From positions 58,156,001 to 58,220,000 of the forward strand of contig NC_043003.1 in NCBI RefSeq assembly GCF_006345805.1: DNA of 64,000 nt, written 5' to 3'. Shown here one piece after another: positions 38,477 to 51,625 of this stretch. The position numbers and the translations under genes were made by a program. Every line of letters starts with the position of its first letter. The first letter of the stretch is position 1. This DNA is from Octopus sinensis. Lineage: Eukaryota. The notes under the pieces are model-generated. The model ran no database searches. It was given only the letters and a program-made list of their open reading frames with translations, and had not been told where the DNA came from.

Positions 38477-39092
38477 CTTCTTCATCATCATCATCATCAT
38501 TTAATGTCTGCTTTCCATGCTGGCATGGGTTGGACAATTTGACTGAGTACTGGTGAACCAGATGGCTGCACCGGGCCCCAATCTGATTTGGCAGAGTCTC
38601 AACAGCTGGATGCCCTTCCTAACACCAACCACTCCAAGAGTGTAGTGGGTGCTTTTACGTGTCACCGGCACAAGGGCCAGTCAGGCACCACTGGCAACGG
38701 CCACACTCAAATGGTGTTTTTATGTGTCACCTGCACAGGAACCAGTCCAACGGCACTGGCAACGACCTCGCTCGAATGTTTTTCATGTGCCACCTGCACG
38801 GAAGCCAGTCAGTTGCTCTGGCAACGATCACACTCAGATGGTGTTCTCAGCACTCCACTGGCATGGGTGCCAGTCGTCAAATTTGATTCGATTTCGATTT
38901 CACTTGCCTCAACAGGTCTTCATAAGCAGAGTTTAGTGTCCATTGAAGGAAAGGTATGCATAAGTGGGCTGGTTACACCCCTGGCATAGTACATGGGTTA
39001 TGATCTCACTTGGCTTGCCGGGTCTTCTCTCGTACTGCATATTTCCAAAGGTCTCGGTCACTAGTCATTGCCTTGGTGAGGCTTAATGTTCG
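38477..39092 (-). mobile_element. 5'-truncated RTE-like LINE (ORF C-terminus, 3' UTR and (GAT)n tail)
   Basis: Minus strand 39092-39006 reads RTLSLTKAMTSDRDLWKYAVREKTRQAK*, a DR..W...V C-terminus typical of RTE-like ORFs, followed by the UTR seen at 17285. Confidence 0.75.
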
Positions 39093-40429
39093 CCTAATAT
39101 GAAATTTTTTTAATTACATATCAAATGTCTAGGAGGTTCCATACAAGTAAAATAGGGACCAAAGAGGTCCCAAGGTGAAATATGGTTGAGCAAACTGGGC
39201 TAAACATTCCAAGTAGGTAACCCCAGCATGGCCGCAATTCAATGACTGAAACCAGTTATCAGATATAAAAAAAAACAAGATGTTCAAAGACTACTTTGGC
39301 CCAAACTCATCTTTCTTGTTTTAATAGTAAGATGTGATTGGTGGGTTCCAGGAAGATTTGTTTGCTGTTTATGTCTAGCAGGGTGCTTAACCAGGTAGTG
39401 GTTCCTTGTCTCATTGGCTCCAGTTTTCCTAAACAGGCACTTGGATTTTGTGTGTGTGTGTGTGTGTGAGTTGTCTACATGATGTGTTTGTGTAAAACCT
39501 CATTAAGCTGGAGACAGACCCCTGGTGAAGCTGTCACTGTTAACTATCTTCAAAATGGACTGACTAAATCTGATAGTTTGCTGTGCACTGACCTTAACAT
39601 TTTAAGACCCCTCCCCCTCTTTCCCTCTCTCTTTCTATCTCTATCTCTCTCCTTTTCATTGCCATCTGTCTAACACATCTTTGTGTCTATCTTCATTCCC
39701 AGTTAGCTTTCCTCTCTTTATCTCTCTTTTACTTTCATATTATCTTCCTCTTCACACAGCAGCTCTCCCACCCACCCTCTTTCTGTCTCTTCTTCTCTCT
39801 CATTTTCTTTTTCCCCACCACCCCAATACTTCTAACACATCTTTCTATCTGATCTTATTTTCTTCCTGTCAGCCTATCTCTTTCTATTTCTCTTTCATTC
39901 TCTCTTTATCTTCTTCTCTACAGAGCAACTCTCCCCTCTTTTTCTCTCCCTCCCTATCTCTGTTCCTCCATCTCTCCCCCTCTCTCTCTCTCTCAGCTTA
40001 GCTCCCTCCCTCTCAACTTAGCTCCCTCTCTCTATCAACTTAACTCCTTCTCTCTCAACTTAGTCCCCCCCCTCTCTCAACTTAGCTCCTATCTTTCTTT
40101 ATCCTCCCCACCACCAACACCACCACCATCCCATTACTGCAGTTACACTATTTATACCTCACACACAGTTTCTACAGTTGCTTTGCTGTTTCTCTTCCCC
40201 TCTGCTCCCCACCAGCTTTCTCCATTTTTTTTTCCTCTCCATTACATCTTTTTATCAGTGGCCCCTAGATTAAATGTCTCCTATCAGTGGTCCTTTAAAT
40301 TACCCTTAAACAAAATAAAACAAAACAAGACTAGAAGAGAGGGTAGTGGGTGGGCGAGGTTGGAGGGAATTCCAGTTATTGAAAGTACTATGATACCCTT
40401 GTATGATATCCATGGCTATCTACCTTATT

Positions 40430-40970
40430 AAACTGCCTACAGCAAGCCAAGTGAGCTTCATGTACAGTTGGTTTTACCTGCTAGAAATAGAAGCTAAATC
40501 TCCCTCAAATCACACCCCACTGTCCTACATAAAGATACATTGGTTAATGTGAAATGCAGTTATCTGTATATAGGAAAAATAATACAAAGGTAGGGTAGTC
40601 ACAGTGGATTGTCTTTGATTATAGATTAGCTCAGTCAAGGCTGACCTGGGGCTGGATAGTTACTTGTAATAGCCTCATGACAGAGACAGAGTGGTCACAG
40701 TTGGAATGGCTTTGATCATAGCCTTGCTTAGTCAGGGCTGACCTTGGGTTAAACAGCAACAGCAACTACTCACAACAGCCGTTTATGTAACCGAGGCAAG
40801 GAAGTCACAGCTGGAATGTCTTTGATCATAAGTTTGCTCAGTCAGGGCTGACCTGGGACTAAACAACAACTACTAACAACAACCTTGTGACACAGGCAGG
40901 GCAGTCACAGCTGGAATGTCTTTGATCATAGGTTTGCTCAGTCAGGGCTGACCTACGGCTAAACAACATC
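40430..40970 (+). mobile_element. SINE-like family D with its 3' end reiterated four times
   Basis: GTCACAG...TTTGAT(C/T)ATA...AGTCA(G/A)GGCTGACC units start at 40598, 40694, 40804 and 40904. Confidence 0.8.
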
Positions 40971-41491
40971 ATCTTCATATCCCATCTTTCATTCACTATC
41001 TCCTTATCTCTAATCTGGGATCTGGAGTTCCCCCCCCCGCGTCATGTGACCTACTCACTAAGCTCCCTTTTATTTCCAAATCTCTGGAAGTCATTTTAAA
41101 CAGAGCCCTGTTTTGGAAGAAAAAGCAGGGGCTTAACATATCAACTTATCATCATCATCATCAGTTCATCTATTCCATCTGCCATCACCCATCGCCTTTA
41201 CAACCATGTAACATGGTCCATCTTTCCCCTATCCATCCACACTCGTCCATCCCAATATTTGATTTCCTTAATTAATCAGTTGAAACAAAAACACCATTCT
41301 CTTCTCCTTTGTTGTGTGGCTCTCTTCACTGTTAGCTTCCTCAGAGTAATTAATATGAGGTAAATAGGAGGGTGGTGGGGTTAAATGATAGGGGTCAGGG
41401 CTGGGTTCATTGAGAGACTGAAGAACTTCTGTGGACTTCTGTAGTCATTCCAGAAGTTGGGACGTAATGCTTTCTTGGAAGAGGGATTTAA

Positions 41492-41658
41492 CCCTTTAGC
41501 ATTCAAACTGACCATATCCAGCCCAAATATTCTACCTGTCCTATGTTCAAACTGACCGGATCTGGCCTCTCACACCTACCCTGCAATGTCATTATAAAAA
41601 TAAACATTAATGAATAAATAAGCATTACATTTGACAGAGTAATCTAAATGCTAAAGGA
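41492..41658 (+). mobile_element. piggyBac-like MITE family P2
   Basis: TTAA|CCCTTTAGCATT...AATGCTAAAGGA|TTTA (12-bp TIR with one terminal mismatch; right TSD degenerate). Confidence 0.75.
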
Positions 41659-41716
41659 TTTATGAATAAATCTTCATCTTGAGCAATTTTTTTATCTCTT
41701 GATATTCTCTTACAGT

Positions 41717-42149
41717 AAGGCAGCGAACTGGCAGAAACGTTAGCACACGGGGTGGATTGCTTAGCGGTATTTCGCCTGTCTTTACGTTCTGAGTTCAAAT
41801 TCTGCCAAGGTCGACTTTGCCTTTCGTCCTTTCGGGGTTGATAAATTAAGTACCAGTTGTGTACTGGGGTCACTCTAATCAAATTTTGGGCCTTGTGCCT
41901 AGAGCAGAAAAGAATATTTCTAATTTAGAAGGCAGTAAGCTGGCAGAAATGTTAGCATGCCAGGCAAAATGCTTTGCAGTATTTCATCCATCATTACGTT
42001 CTGAGTTCAAATTTCGCTGAGGTCGACTTTGCCTTTCATCATTTCAGGGTCGATAAATTAAGTACCAGTTGTGTACTAGGGTCAATCTAATTGACTGGCC
42101 CTCTCCCCAGAAATTTCAGGCCTTGTGCCAAGAGCAGAAAAGAATATTC
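41717..42149 (+). mobile_element. Two tandem full-length SINE B copies (41717-41918, 41929-42149)
   Basis: Each has AAGGCAG...CTGGCAGAAA head, GAGTTCAAATT B-box and tail CCTTGTGCC.AGAGCAGAAAAGAATATT. Confidence 0.9.
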
Positions 42150-42326
42150 TCTTATAGTCTTTCCAGCCTTTTACTTATATTAATCATTGGACTGCAGCCA
42201 TGGTGTGGTCCCACTTTAAAGTTTTTGTTTTATTTTTACAATTGTTTAATAAAAGGCTTATAGTACTATTCATTTTATTGGACTCTTTGACTGCTAAGTT
42301 ACACTTGTTGCCAAGCAATGGGTGAC

Positions 42327-42363
<37 letters not shown>

Positions 42364-42680
42364 TTGACTCAAGTAAAATCAAAAATAAATTTTGGGTTCA
42401 GTTCCACTGCATGGCACATTGGGCAAGTGTCTTCTATCATGGCCACAGACTGCTTAAGGGCTTTTAAGTGGATTTGTTAGATGGAAACTTAAAGAAACTG
42501 CCATTTATAGGTGAGTGTGTGTTGTCTCCTGGTTTTGGCATCCCATTTGGTAAGTTGTAATTAAGGGTCTTTGTTATACAAAGCTTTGTGAGTGAAATTT
42601 TGTTAATAAAACTTTGCAGAAACTTCTGTTTGGGGGGGGGCAGACTTGTTTACCATTTTAAATTGGTATAATCCATAAAG

Positions 42681-42965
42681 TGGAGGCGCAATGGCCCAGT
42701 GGTTAGGGCAGAAGACTTGCGGTCATAGGATCGCGGTTTCGATTCCCAGGCCGGGCGTTGTGAGTGTTTATTGAGCGAAAACACCTAAAAAGCTCCACGA
42801 TGCTCCGGCAGGGGGTGGTGATCCCTGCTGTACTCTTTCACCACTCTTTCTTCTGTTGGCCTGCTCACTTAGCCAGCTGGGTGGCGTCATTCGAAGGCTA
42901 AAACAATGCGAACGCATTGTGACCAGCGATGTGTAACAACATCTGATGGTCTGGTCGGTCACGTG
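42681..42965 (+). mobile_element. Young SINE (family C-type head) with 13-bp TSD
   Basis: A-box TGGCCCAGTGG, B-box GTTTCGATTCC, many CpGs; ATAATCCATAAAG at 42668-42680 and 42966-42978. Confidence 0.92.
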
Positions 42966-43737
42966 ATAATCCATAAAGGAAAATAACTCCATGTATGGGT
43001 ATAACTTAAGAGGTGAACTCAGCCATTTGATAAACCAGATACCAAACTAAATACTGAAGTTTGATGTGGTTGATAAAGCCCCTTTAAAAGCAGAGTGCTC
43101 CAGCATGGTCGCAATCTAGTAACTAATTTATACTAGTTATAGAAAATAAGTTATGATACAACCTGTGTTGAGTTAGCATTCATGGCAGTTTTGTTATTGA
43201 TGCTGGTGGTGGTGGTGGTGGTGGTGGTGGTGGCAGTGGTGCTGGTGGGGGTGGTGGTGCTGGTGGTGGTTCACTTCATTGAGGGAGATTAGCTGAAACC
43301 ATTTCAATGCCATTTGATTTTGTTTTGTGTTCTTGCGGCTATTACAGTCACCACCACGACCACAAAATCATTACCAATACTACCGCCAGATACTACCGGC
43401 ACCACCATCGCATCCAATGTGCTACCACCACCACGGCTACTACTACGCTGTTGTCACCTCCACAACTATACTGTCACTCTGCGATCACAACCACCACAGC
43501 CACCACCACCACCACCACCACCACCACCACCACTACAAGCATTATAGTACAAAATAATATAAAAACTATACCAAGAGAAGAGGAGCCTGTTCTCTAATGA
43601 GCTGACATGTAACCAAATAAACATGGTAATCTGTTTAACAAATCTGTTTTCAGAATCTTTCCATTTCAATTTTCAATGATACTTCTGGAATGTTCCACCA
43701 GGAAATGTAATATTGCTAACTACATTTGCACTGTTGA

Positions 43738-43781
<44 letters not shown>

Positions 43782-44479
43782 TGTTATTTTTGTTGTTGTT
43801 GCTGTTGGTGGTGCTGTTTTTGTTATGAGTTGTTATACACACACACACACACACACTCTCGTTTTCTCTCTCTCTCTATCTCTTTCACCCTCTCCACCTC
43901 CCTCGAAATTTTACTTTTCTTTTTTTGCTTCATGCTGTGTTGCAGTGTAGAAGTGTAAGAAGAGTATTGCCTTGTCGTCAATCTCGAGAGAATCAGTTTC
44001 CCCCCCCCCCATTTTTTTTTTAATTCTACCGTATCAAGTTTTGCTTCAAATCTTAAAGAAATGTTCTCACTTAGATATATATATACATATATTTATATGA
44101 ATGTGTGTATATTATATATATATATGTATATAAACACACACACACACACATATATATTTATATATGTGTATGGATATATATGTGTGTATATGTATGAATG
44201 CATGTCTGTGTACTTACACGGTCTACTTCACCACTATATGGTTTAAAATTCAGTCTCACTGTGTGGCGCTTTGGGCTTGCTCCTTTTAGTACATACAACC
44301 TTTGGCCAACCAAAGCATTGTGAGAGGATTTGATCGGTGGAAACTGAAATAAGTCCTTCATATATATATATATATTCTTTTATTCTTTTACTTCTTTCTG
44401 TCATTTGGCGGTGGCCATGCTGGAGCACCACCTTTAGTTGAACAAATCAACCACAGGGACTTATTCTTTGTAAGCCTAC

Positions 44480-44785
44480 TTGGTGACCCTGCCAGTCCTG
44501 GTGCCACATAAAAAGTATCCAGTCCACACTGTTAATGTGGTTGGTGTTTGAAAGAGCATCCAGCTGTAAAAAAAAAAAAAAGCATGCCAAAACTGACCTC
44601 GCTTGTGCTGGTGCCATATAAAAAAATCACTCTGTCCACTCTGTGGGGTGGTTGGTATTAGGAAGGGCATCCAGCCAAATCGGACACTGATGCCTGGTGC
44701 AGTCTTCTGCCTAACCAGAACCTGTCAAACCATCCAACCCCTGCCAGCATGGAAAGTAGATGCAAAGATGATGATGATGATGATA
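44480..44785 (+). mobile_element. RTE-like LINE 3' end with duplicated subrepeat
   Basis: GGTGCCA(C/T)ATAAAA...TCCAC occurs twice, then GGAAGGGCATCCAG...GCATGGAAAGTAGA and (GAT)n. Confidence 0.75.
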
Positions 44786-44807
44786 TATGTGTATACATTT
44801 ACATATA

Positions 44808-45240
44808 GGAGAAGAAGTGGCTGTGTGGATAGGCAGAGGAGTGGCTGTGTGGTAAGAAGCTTGCTTCCCAATCACATGGTTCTGGGTTCAGTCCCACTGT
44901 ATGGTCAAGTGTCTTCTATTATAGTTTCAGGCGACCAAAGCCTTGTGAGTTGATTTGGTAGATGGAAACTGGAAGAAGCCTGTCATATATGTTTGTGTGT
45001 GTGTGTATCGATGTGTGTGTATCTTTGTGTTTGTGTTTGTTTTCCTGCCCCCATCACCACTTGATAACCAATGTTGGTGTGTTTATGTCCCCATAAGATA
45101 GCGGTTCAGCAAAAGAAACCGATAGAATAAGTACCAGCCTTAAAAACTAAGTACTGGGGTGGATTTATTCAACTAGAAATTTGAAGCGGTGCCCCAGCAT
45201 GGCCACAGTCAAATGACTGAAACAGGTAAAAGAAGGAAGA
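44808..45240 (+). mobile_element. SINE family A1 with duplicated 5' head
   Basis: AGTGGCTGTGTGG occurs twice at 44816-44855, followed by the full body and tail. Confidence 0.85.
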
Positions 45241-45898
45241 TATACTTGTGTGTACATTTTATTTCATTCTGTGCGCATTCATAACTTGTATTCCAAACCA
45301 ACTACTCCTAAGAAAACCACCAGTCCAGCCATGACAACAACATGTATTGGGGCTCACTTATTTAACTCTGTCGGGTATTAGAGATTTCTTAGCACTTAAA
45401 TGTAAATCTTAAAAACACCCCTGAACTTTCCAACAGTGTTTTTGATGTGCCCCATCTCTTCCTTTTCTCTCTCACTCTCTCTTTCTGTCAAGAGATCAAC
45501 TAAGGCTATAAGAGTTTGACCATTGTCATATTTGCCGCTTTACTGTTTAGTCAAAGGAGCAGCGAGAAAGTAATTACTTGTTCCGATGTACACCTGAGAC
45601 CCTCATTACTAGATATTCTAGCAGTGAACCTATCTATTGTGTTATTCATTCTTCCTTGATACCTCATCATTCTTGGATGCAATAAGGGGTATTTGCTGTT
45701 GATGGTTAATAAAGATTCCATGTATAAGTGCTGTGATGCCAGTTGGTTTGCTGCAAGTGTTGTCACTGTAACCTTCGAGTGTGCGAAAATTCAATGTCAA
45801 AATGGAATTATTCCAGGTTTAGAAAATAATATTCTGAGTGATTTGTGAGAAATTTGTTCTTTGACAGTATTGAAGCCTCATTACTTAAAAGGGATCCA

Positions 45899-45974
<76 letters not shown>

Positions 45975-46277
45975 ATTATATATTAGGAAGTATAAATCTA
46001 CTGTGTGTTCAAATATATCATGGCGTTGAATGATGATTGAAAGAGGTCAAAAGGTGCCGTGCCAAAGTCTTGATTCTTTGCCAGATTTCAGAAGCAGATT
46101 TTTGACACAATTTCTTTTAGAAATATATATTTAGTAACCAATATTTAATTTGCCATATATGTGTGTGTGTGTGTGCATATACACACACACAAATGCATTA
46201 TAATTGACTCTGGAAAGAGAGGTTTTATTTATATATCAAAATATATATTTGTACATATATATACATTTGTGTTTGTG

Positions 46278-46310
<33 letters not shown>

Positions 46311-46363
46311 ATATACATATATATGTGTATGTGTGTATATATATATATTTATGTATATATATG

Positions 46364-46402
<39 letters not shown>

Positions 46403-46714
46403 ATATATATATGTGTGTGTGTGTATATATGTATATGTGTGTGTGTGTTTATATTTATATACGTGTGTGTGTTGTTAGCTTTCAACATATCAAGGAGTTA
46501 CTTAAACAGTATCTTGTGTAAAAGTTCTATAAATCTAATGGAAAAGAAAGCGGAGGAAGAATTCTGTCCCTTCTTTGGTTGAAGGAACATCTTTATTACA
46601 AGCTGTCTTTTGTTTTAGTCGAAACTGACCATTACTTCTTGTCTTTCTCCCCTAATTACTGCACGGGGAAAACAAAAGAAAAAATTTTAAAAGGAAAATC
46701 GTTCGTTCATTCGT

Positions 46715-47325
46715 TGTTTCGTTTAACATCCACTTTCCATGCTGGCATGGGTTGGACGATTTTGACTGAGGGCTGGCAAACCAGATGGCTGCACCAGGCT
46801 CCAATCTTGATCTGGCAAGAGTTTCTACAGCTGGAGAGGGAGAGATTAAAAGATTGCTCAACAGGTGTGGTCAGATTTCTGTGAATATAATCATAATCTC
46901 AAGTGTCGACCACTTTCAGTGGTTATTTGCCCTGCCCTTTGTTTCCCAAAGGTTTTACACAGTTGAGTGCCAGTGCCACATAAAAGGCACCTATGCCGAT
47001 GTCACATAAAGCATCTGTGCTAGTACTACATATAAAAAAGAGAAGAGCACCCATGCCAACACCACATAGAAAGCACTTGTACTGGTGCCACGTAGAAAGC
47101 AATGCTAGTGCAATGTGATAATGCATCCAGTCCACCCTCTAAAGTGGTTGGCATTAGAAAGGGCATCCAGCTGTAGAAACTGTGCCAAAACTGACAATTG
47201 GAACCTGGATTCTGCCCTCTGGCTTGCTAGCTCCTGTCAAACCATCCAACCTATGCCAACATGGAAAACAGACGTTAACTGGTGATGATGACAATGACAA
47301 TGATGATGATGGTGATGATGACAAC
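46715..47325. mobile_element. Two RTE-like LINE 3' ends: 46715-46835 (-) and 46960-47325 (+)
   Basis: CGTTTAACATCCACTTTCCATGCTGGCATGGG (minus copy) and AAGGGCATCCAGCTGTAGAAACT...ATGGAAAACAGACGTTAA plus GAT repeats (plus copy). Confidence 0.75.
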
Positions 47326-47553
47326 GAGGTATCTACAGTAAACTGTACTAATAACACTGGGTCTTGACTCACTGGTGTGTCTGTTGTATGTAACGTGAAT
47401 TGAGTGAAGCCATAGCATTGATGGAATAATTCTGTTCACCAACATTGGATTATAATAGACTCTATAGGTATTGAGCACTTTATGTCCTTATACAAGCAAT
47501 ATGAAATGTTCTTTTGTACTTAGTATTATCTAGGACTACGTTATTTGATGTGT

Positions 47554-47963
47554 TCTTTATCTTTTACTTTCTTGTTATTGACCTGTGACCATGCTGGAGC
47601 AAACACCTTAACGGGTTTAGCCAAGCAAATTGATCTTAGTACTTGCGTTTTTTAAAGACCGATACTTATTCTATTGGTCTCTTTTGCTGAACTGCTAGGT
47701 TACTGGGACATAAACAAACTAACACCAATTGTCAACTAGTGGAGGGGCAAACACAAAAATACACACATACACTCACCTCACACATACATAACACAGTAGG
47801 TTTCTTTAAGGTTTCTGTCTGCCAAATTCACTCACAAGGCATTGGTCAACCAGGGCCTCTTGTAGAAAACAGTTGCCCCAAGGTGCCACCATGCAGTGGG
47901 ATTGAACCTGAAACCACCAGGTTGAAAGTGAGTTTCTTAACCGTACAGCCATACCTGCACCTA
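47554..47963 (-). mobile_element. SINE family A1, diverged full length
   Basis: CCATGCTGGAGCA...CTGAACTGCTAGGTTAC...CAAATTCACTCACAAGGC...CAGCCATACCTGCACC. Confidence 0.8.
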
Positions 47964-49323
47964 AGCCAAGCTTATGATAGTCAGTAGGGTGAGGTTTGCT
48001 GGAGATTTGGTTACTATTTCTAGCATCAGAATCTCCTTTGATATAGTATATGCACTTGTTGCAAAAGATATCATTGCTTAGAGTCTGGGATAGAGTGAAG
48101 GTGGGGGAAAAGAAAGAGAGAGAGGGGAGGGAGAGATAGAGAGAGAGAGAAGGAATGAGAGAGAGTGAGAGGGAGACTCTGGTTAAGTTGCTGGGTCAGA
48201 CAATCCCTAACTGTTAGGATTTCAGATTATTTTACTGTATAACTATCCAAAGCGAGGAAAGAAATGGGAGGGTAGGGAAGAAATAGGGTGGGGAAGAAGA
48301 GAGGCACACACACACACACACACACACACCCAGCACCCTGCCCTCCCCCACCTCAGGGATAAACTAGTGGTTGGTTTGAGGGTAATGCTAAAGGATCAGT
48401 GCAAAGGAGCGAGGAAGGGGTATGGGTCTATTTTTGTAGTGGTGGCAGTGGTGGTGGTGGTGGTGGTGGTGAGGAGAGGGGATATTGTTTCTGATTGGTG
48501 GCAAGGGTGGGAGTGGAGACAGGGACGGTTTAGGTTGAAAAAGAAGCAATGGGTGGTGGTGGGGTTTGAACTCAGTCATATGTCCTGATCAAGTGATTCT
48601 GACAAGAGTTTTTCAACTGGAGCTGAAAGGATTAGTTGAGTAAATGTGTTTGCCATACACAGGACAGCTACAGTGGAAGTTGGATTCTGTAAGGATTAAT
48701 ACCACTTCACCGATATTGTGACACTAATAGGGCCTTTAGTCCTCTCTCTCTCTCTCTATCTCCCTCTCTCTCTATCTATCTATCTATCTCCCTCTCTGTC
48801 CTTCTGCCGCTCTCCCCTCCAACCTCACCATTTTTTTTATTTGTTCCTGCTAAATAAATTGATTCCTTCACCAACCACTAATACCATCCATACCTGCTTC
48901 CCTCTTCTATACCACACACCTGCCTCTCTTTCATCAACACCACCATCACTACTATCATTACACTGTTTCTTTCACCACCACCACCACTATCCTTTATACC
49001 ACTGCTAGGGAAACACTCCCATTTGGTTCCACCCTCCTCCACCACTACCATCTTGACTTTCATTATCATTCCTATGATCTCTGCTTCAACCATCAGGTTT
49101 CCCCCACCACCATGACCACCAGAAGCATATTAAAAAATAGCAGCGAATTCTCCTTGTATTTATACACCCACTGTTGCAGTGTAAAAAGAACACATTGGAT
49201 TATATAGTCCTAGATACACAATGCCTTAAAATATGATAGGATTATCAATGCTCGAATATCTTTGATCATTGGTTCTGTTCACTCATTCAGGGCTAACCTG
49301 GGGCTAAACAACAACAATACTAC

Positions 49324-49815
49324 CACTGCCCTCACTCACCACTGCCTCCACTCATCACTGCCCTCACTCACCACTGCCTCCACTCATCACTGCCCTCACT
49401 CACCACTGCCTCCACTCATCACTGCCCTCACTCACCACTGCCTCCACTCATCACTGCCCTTACTCACCACTGCCTCCACTCATCACTGCCCTCACTCACC
49501 ACTGCCTCCACTCATCACTGATCTCACTCACCACTGTCCACACTCACTGTAGCCACACTCAGCACTACTGTCACTCACCACTTCCTGCATTCACAACTAC
49601 CTTCACTCACCACTGCCCACACTCATTACTACCTGACTATCTGTACTCACTACTGTCCAAACTCACCACTGGCTGCACTGAGTATTGCCTGCACTCATCA
49701 CTGCCCTCACTCTCTGCCCACACTCACCGCTGCCTGCGCTCATCCCTACTCTCACTCACCACTGCTACACTCATCACTGCCCTCACTCACCAGTACCTGC
49801 ACTCACCACTGCCAC
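49324..49815. repeat. 16-bp minisatellite with a 32-bp higher-order dimer
   Basis: Alternating CACTGCCCTCACTCAC and CACTGCCTCCACTCAT six times (49324-49515), then diverged 16-mers. Confidence 0.92.
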
Positions 49816-50779
49816 TACTATCCAGACCATCTTAAATAACAACCTATTAAATTACATAGTCATCTTGCATCAAGTCAGATAACTACCTCCATACCCTATA
49901 CTACAACAGCACTACTACAACACCACAATCGCTTCAACAGCAAGAACAACAACACTAAGAAATAAAGCAAACAAAGAAGCCTCTCTGTAGTCAACCAATC
50001 TGCTAGAAATAGTAACCAAATCCCACTCTACTATTTTGGATACAATGTTGTATCAAACAATGCAATCTGAGATATACAAGATGCTAAACAAACAAGACAG
50101 GATGGTCACAAGTGGAAGGCCTTGGATCAAAGATTTCTACTTGATCAGGGCTGACTATAAGTCTGGCAGCACCAGCAGCAGCAGCAGCATTTCGTGTGTT
50201 AACCATGGTATTCCTGTTCTCTCACATCACCTGGTTTTTTACACCCTGTTAGACTCAAATACAAAAGCAGGTACTTCCTGAATACCACGCTACCTCCTCC
50301 GACACCCATCTCTCTTTCTCTCACTCACTTGTGAATGGATAATCTCCTGCTTCTTTTTGGGTAATAAACATGATATTGTGTGTGTGTGTATGTGCGTGTG
50401 TGTGTGCATCTGTGCATGCGTGTGTGCGTATGCGTGTGCTCAGCAATACAGTTATACTTGCATGTCTAAACACATGCAAGTTTTATGGCCCATGACATGC
50501 ACACATGCTATGCAAATCTGTTCTTACTATATATACACATGCACAAATATACGCACATACAGACACACATATATATACTTAATTACACATACACATGAGT
50601 ATAGGTGTGTCTATATATATATATATATACACATACATACATGCATGCAAACATACATACAGCTGTAACTGTCAAGCATATTACTTTAGAAACCTGACTA
50701 TGTTCCAGATAAATTGTTTTTAATTAATGTTTTTTTATATTTCTTTATTAGTTCTATAAGTTTGGAACAATGAATTTCT

Positions 50780-51120
50780 TATTAATCTTTCTGTCTATCT
50801 TTCTATTTATCTATCTCTCCATTTATATATCTGTCCATCTATCTATCTATCTATCTATCTATCCATCTATCAATCTATCTATCTAGCTATCTTTCCATCT
50901 ATCTATCTATTGATTGATCAATCAATCAAAACTTATCTTAACTCACAGCCCTTCAATCATTCTGTTACTTCTGCCAATATTAATAAACATCTATTGATCT
51001 ATCTATTCTATTCTATCTATCTATTTATCAATCTAATCTGTCTATCTACCTATCTATCTACATATCTGTCTAGCTGCCTATCTACCTATTTATTTATCTA
51101 TCTATCAATTCTCGTCCTCT
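50780..51120. repeat. Degenerate (TATC)n tetranucleotide repeat
   Basis: Direct reading. Confidence 0.85.
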
Positions 51121-51591
51121 ATTAGGGTACAGAGATTTCCGAAATTAAAACATCTAACACAGCCTACCTTGTTGTACAGCACATGCACATTGGCCAGAGA
51201 AGCCTACCCCATGTTGCACAACAACAATAATAAAGAGAGACAGAACACGTCTCTAAATCCCATCTTTGGTCTTGTGCTCATGCCACGAGATATTTTTGAG
51301 CTCCACCAAGAAACCTGGAAATATGTACCACCAAAGTGATCGTAAAGCTCCTTCTCCATAGTTCAGGTTTTGGTCTCTTAGAAGAAGAATGTGTTCTTCA
51401 CATTCCATGTAAAGTAAACACAAATAGCATTAGTGTCAGATCTACAGTCTAAATTGACTTTGGTACTTGTATATCAACAGTATCGTATCAACACTTGATG
51501 CCTTCAACATTGTTTACCTCACTGTGAGCTCTATGTTATTGTTCCTAGCCATTTCTAGCATCTTACATGTTGATGTGCCTTGATTCTAATG

Positions 51592-51594
<3 letters not shown>

Positions 51595-51625
<31 letters not shown>

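Noticed and set aside
40590-40970. CRISPR-like repeat-spacer appearance
   Set aside because: Eukaryotic context, repeats are too long and unequal, they are homologous to dispersed SINE 3' ends, and there are no cas genes.
46565-46590. miR-133-like sequence (CCTTCAACCA on the minus strand)
   Set aside because: Only a 10-nt internal match, with no seed match and no hairpin. I recognised no other conserved bilaterian miRNA by eye, which does not replace a formal search.
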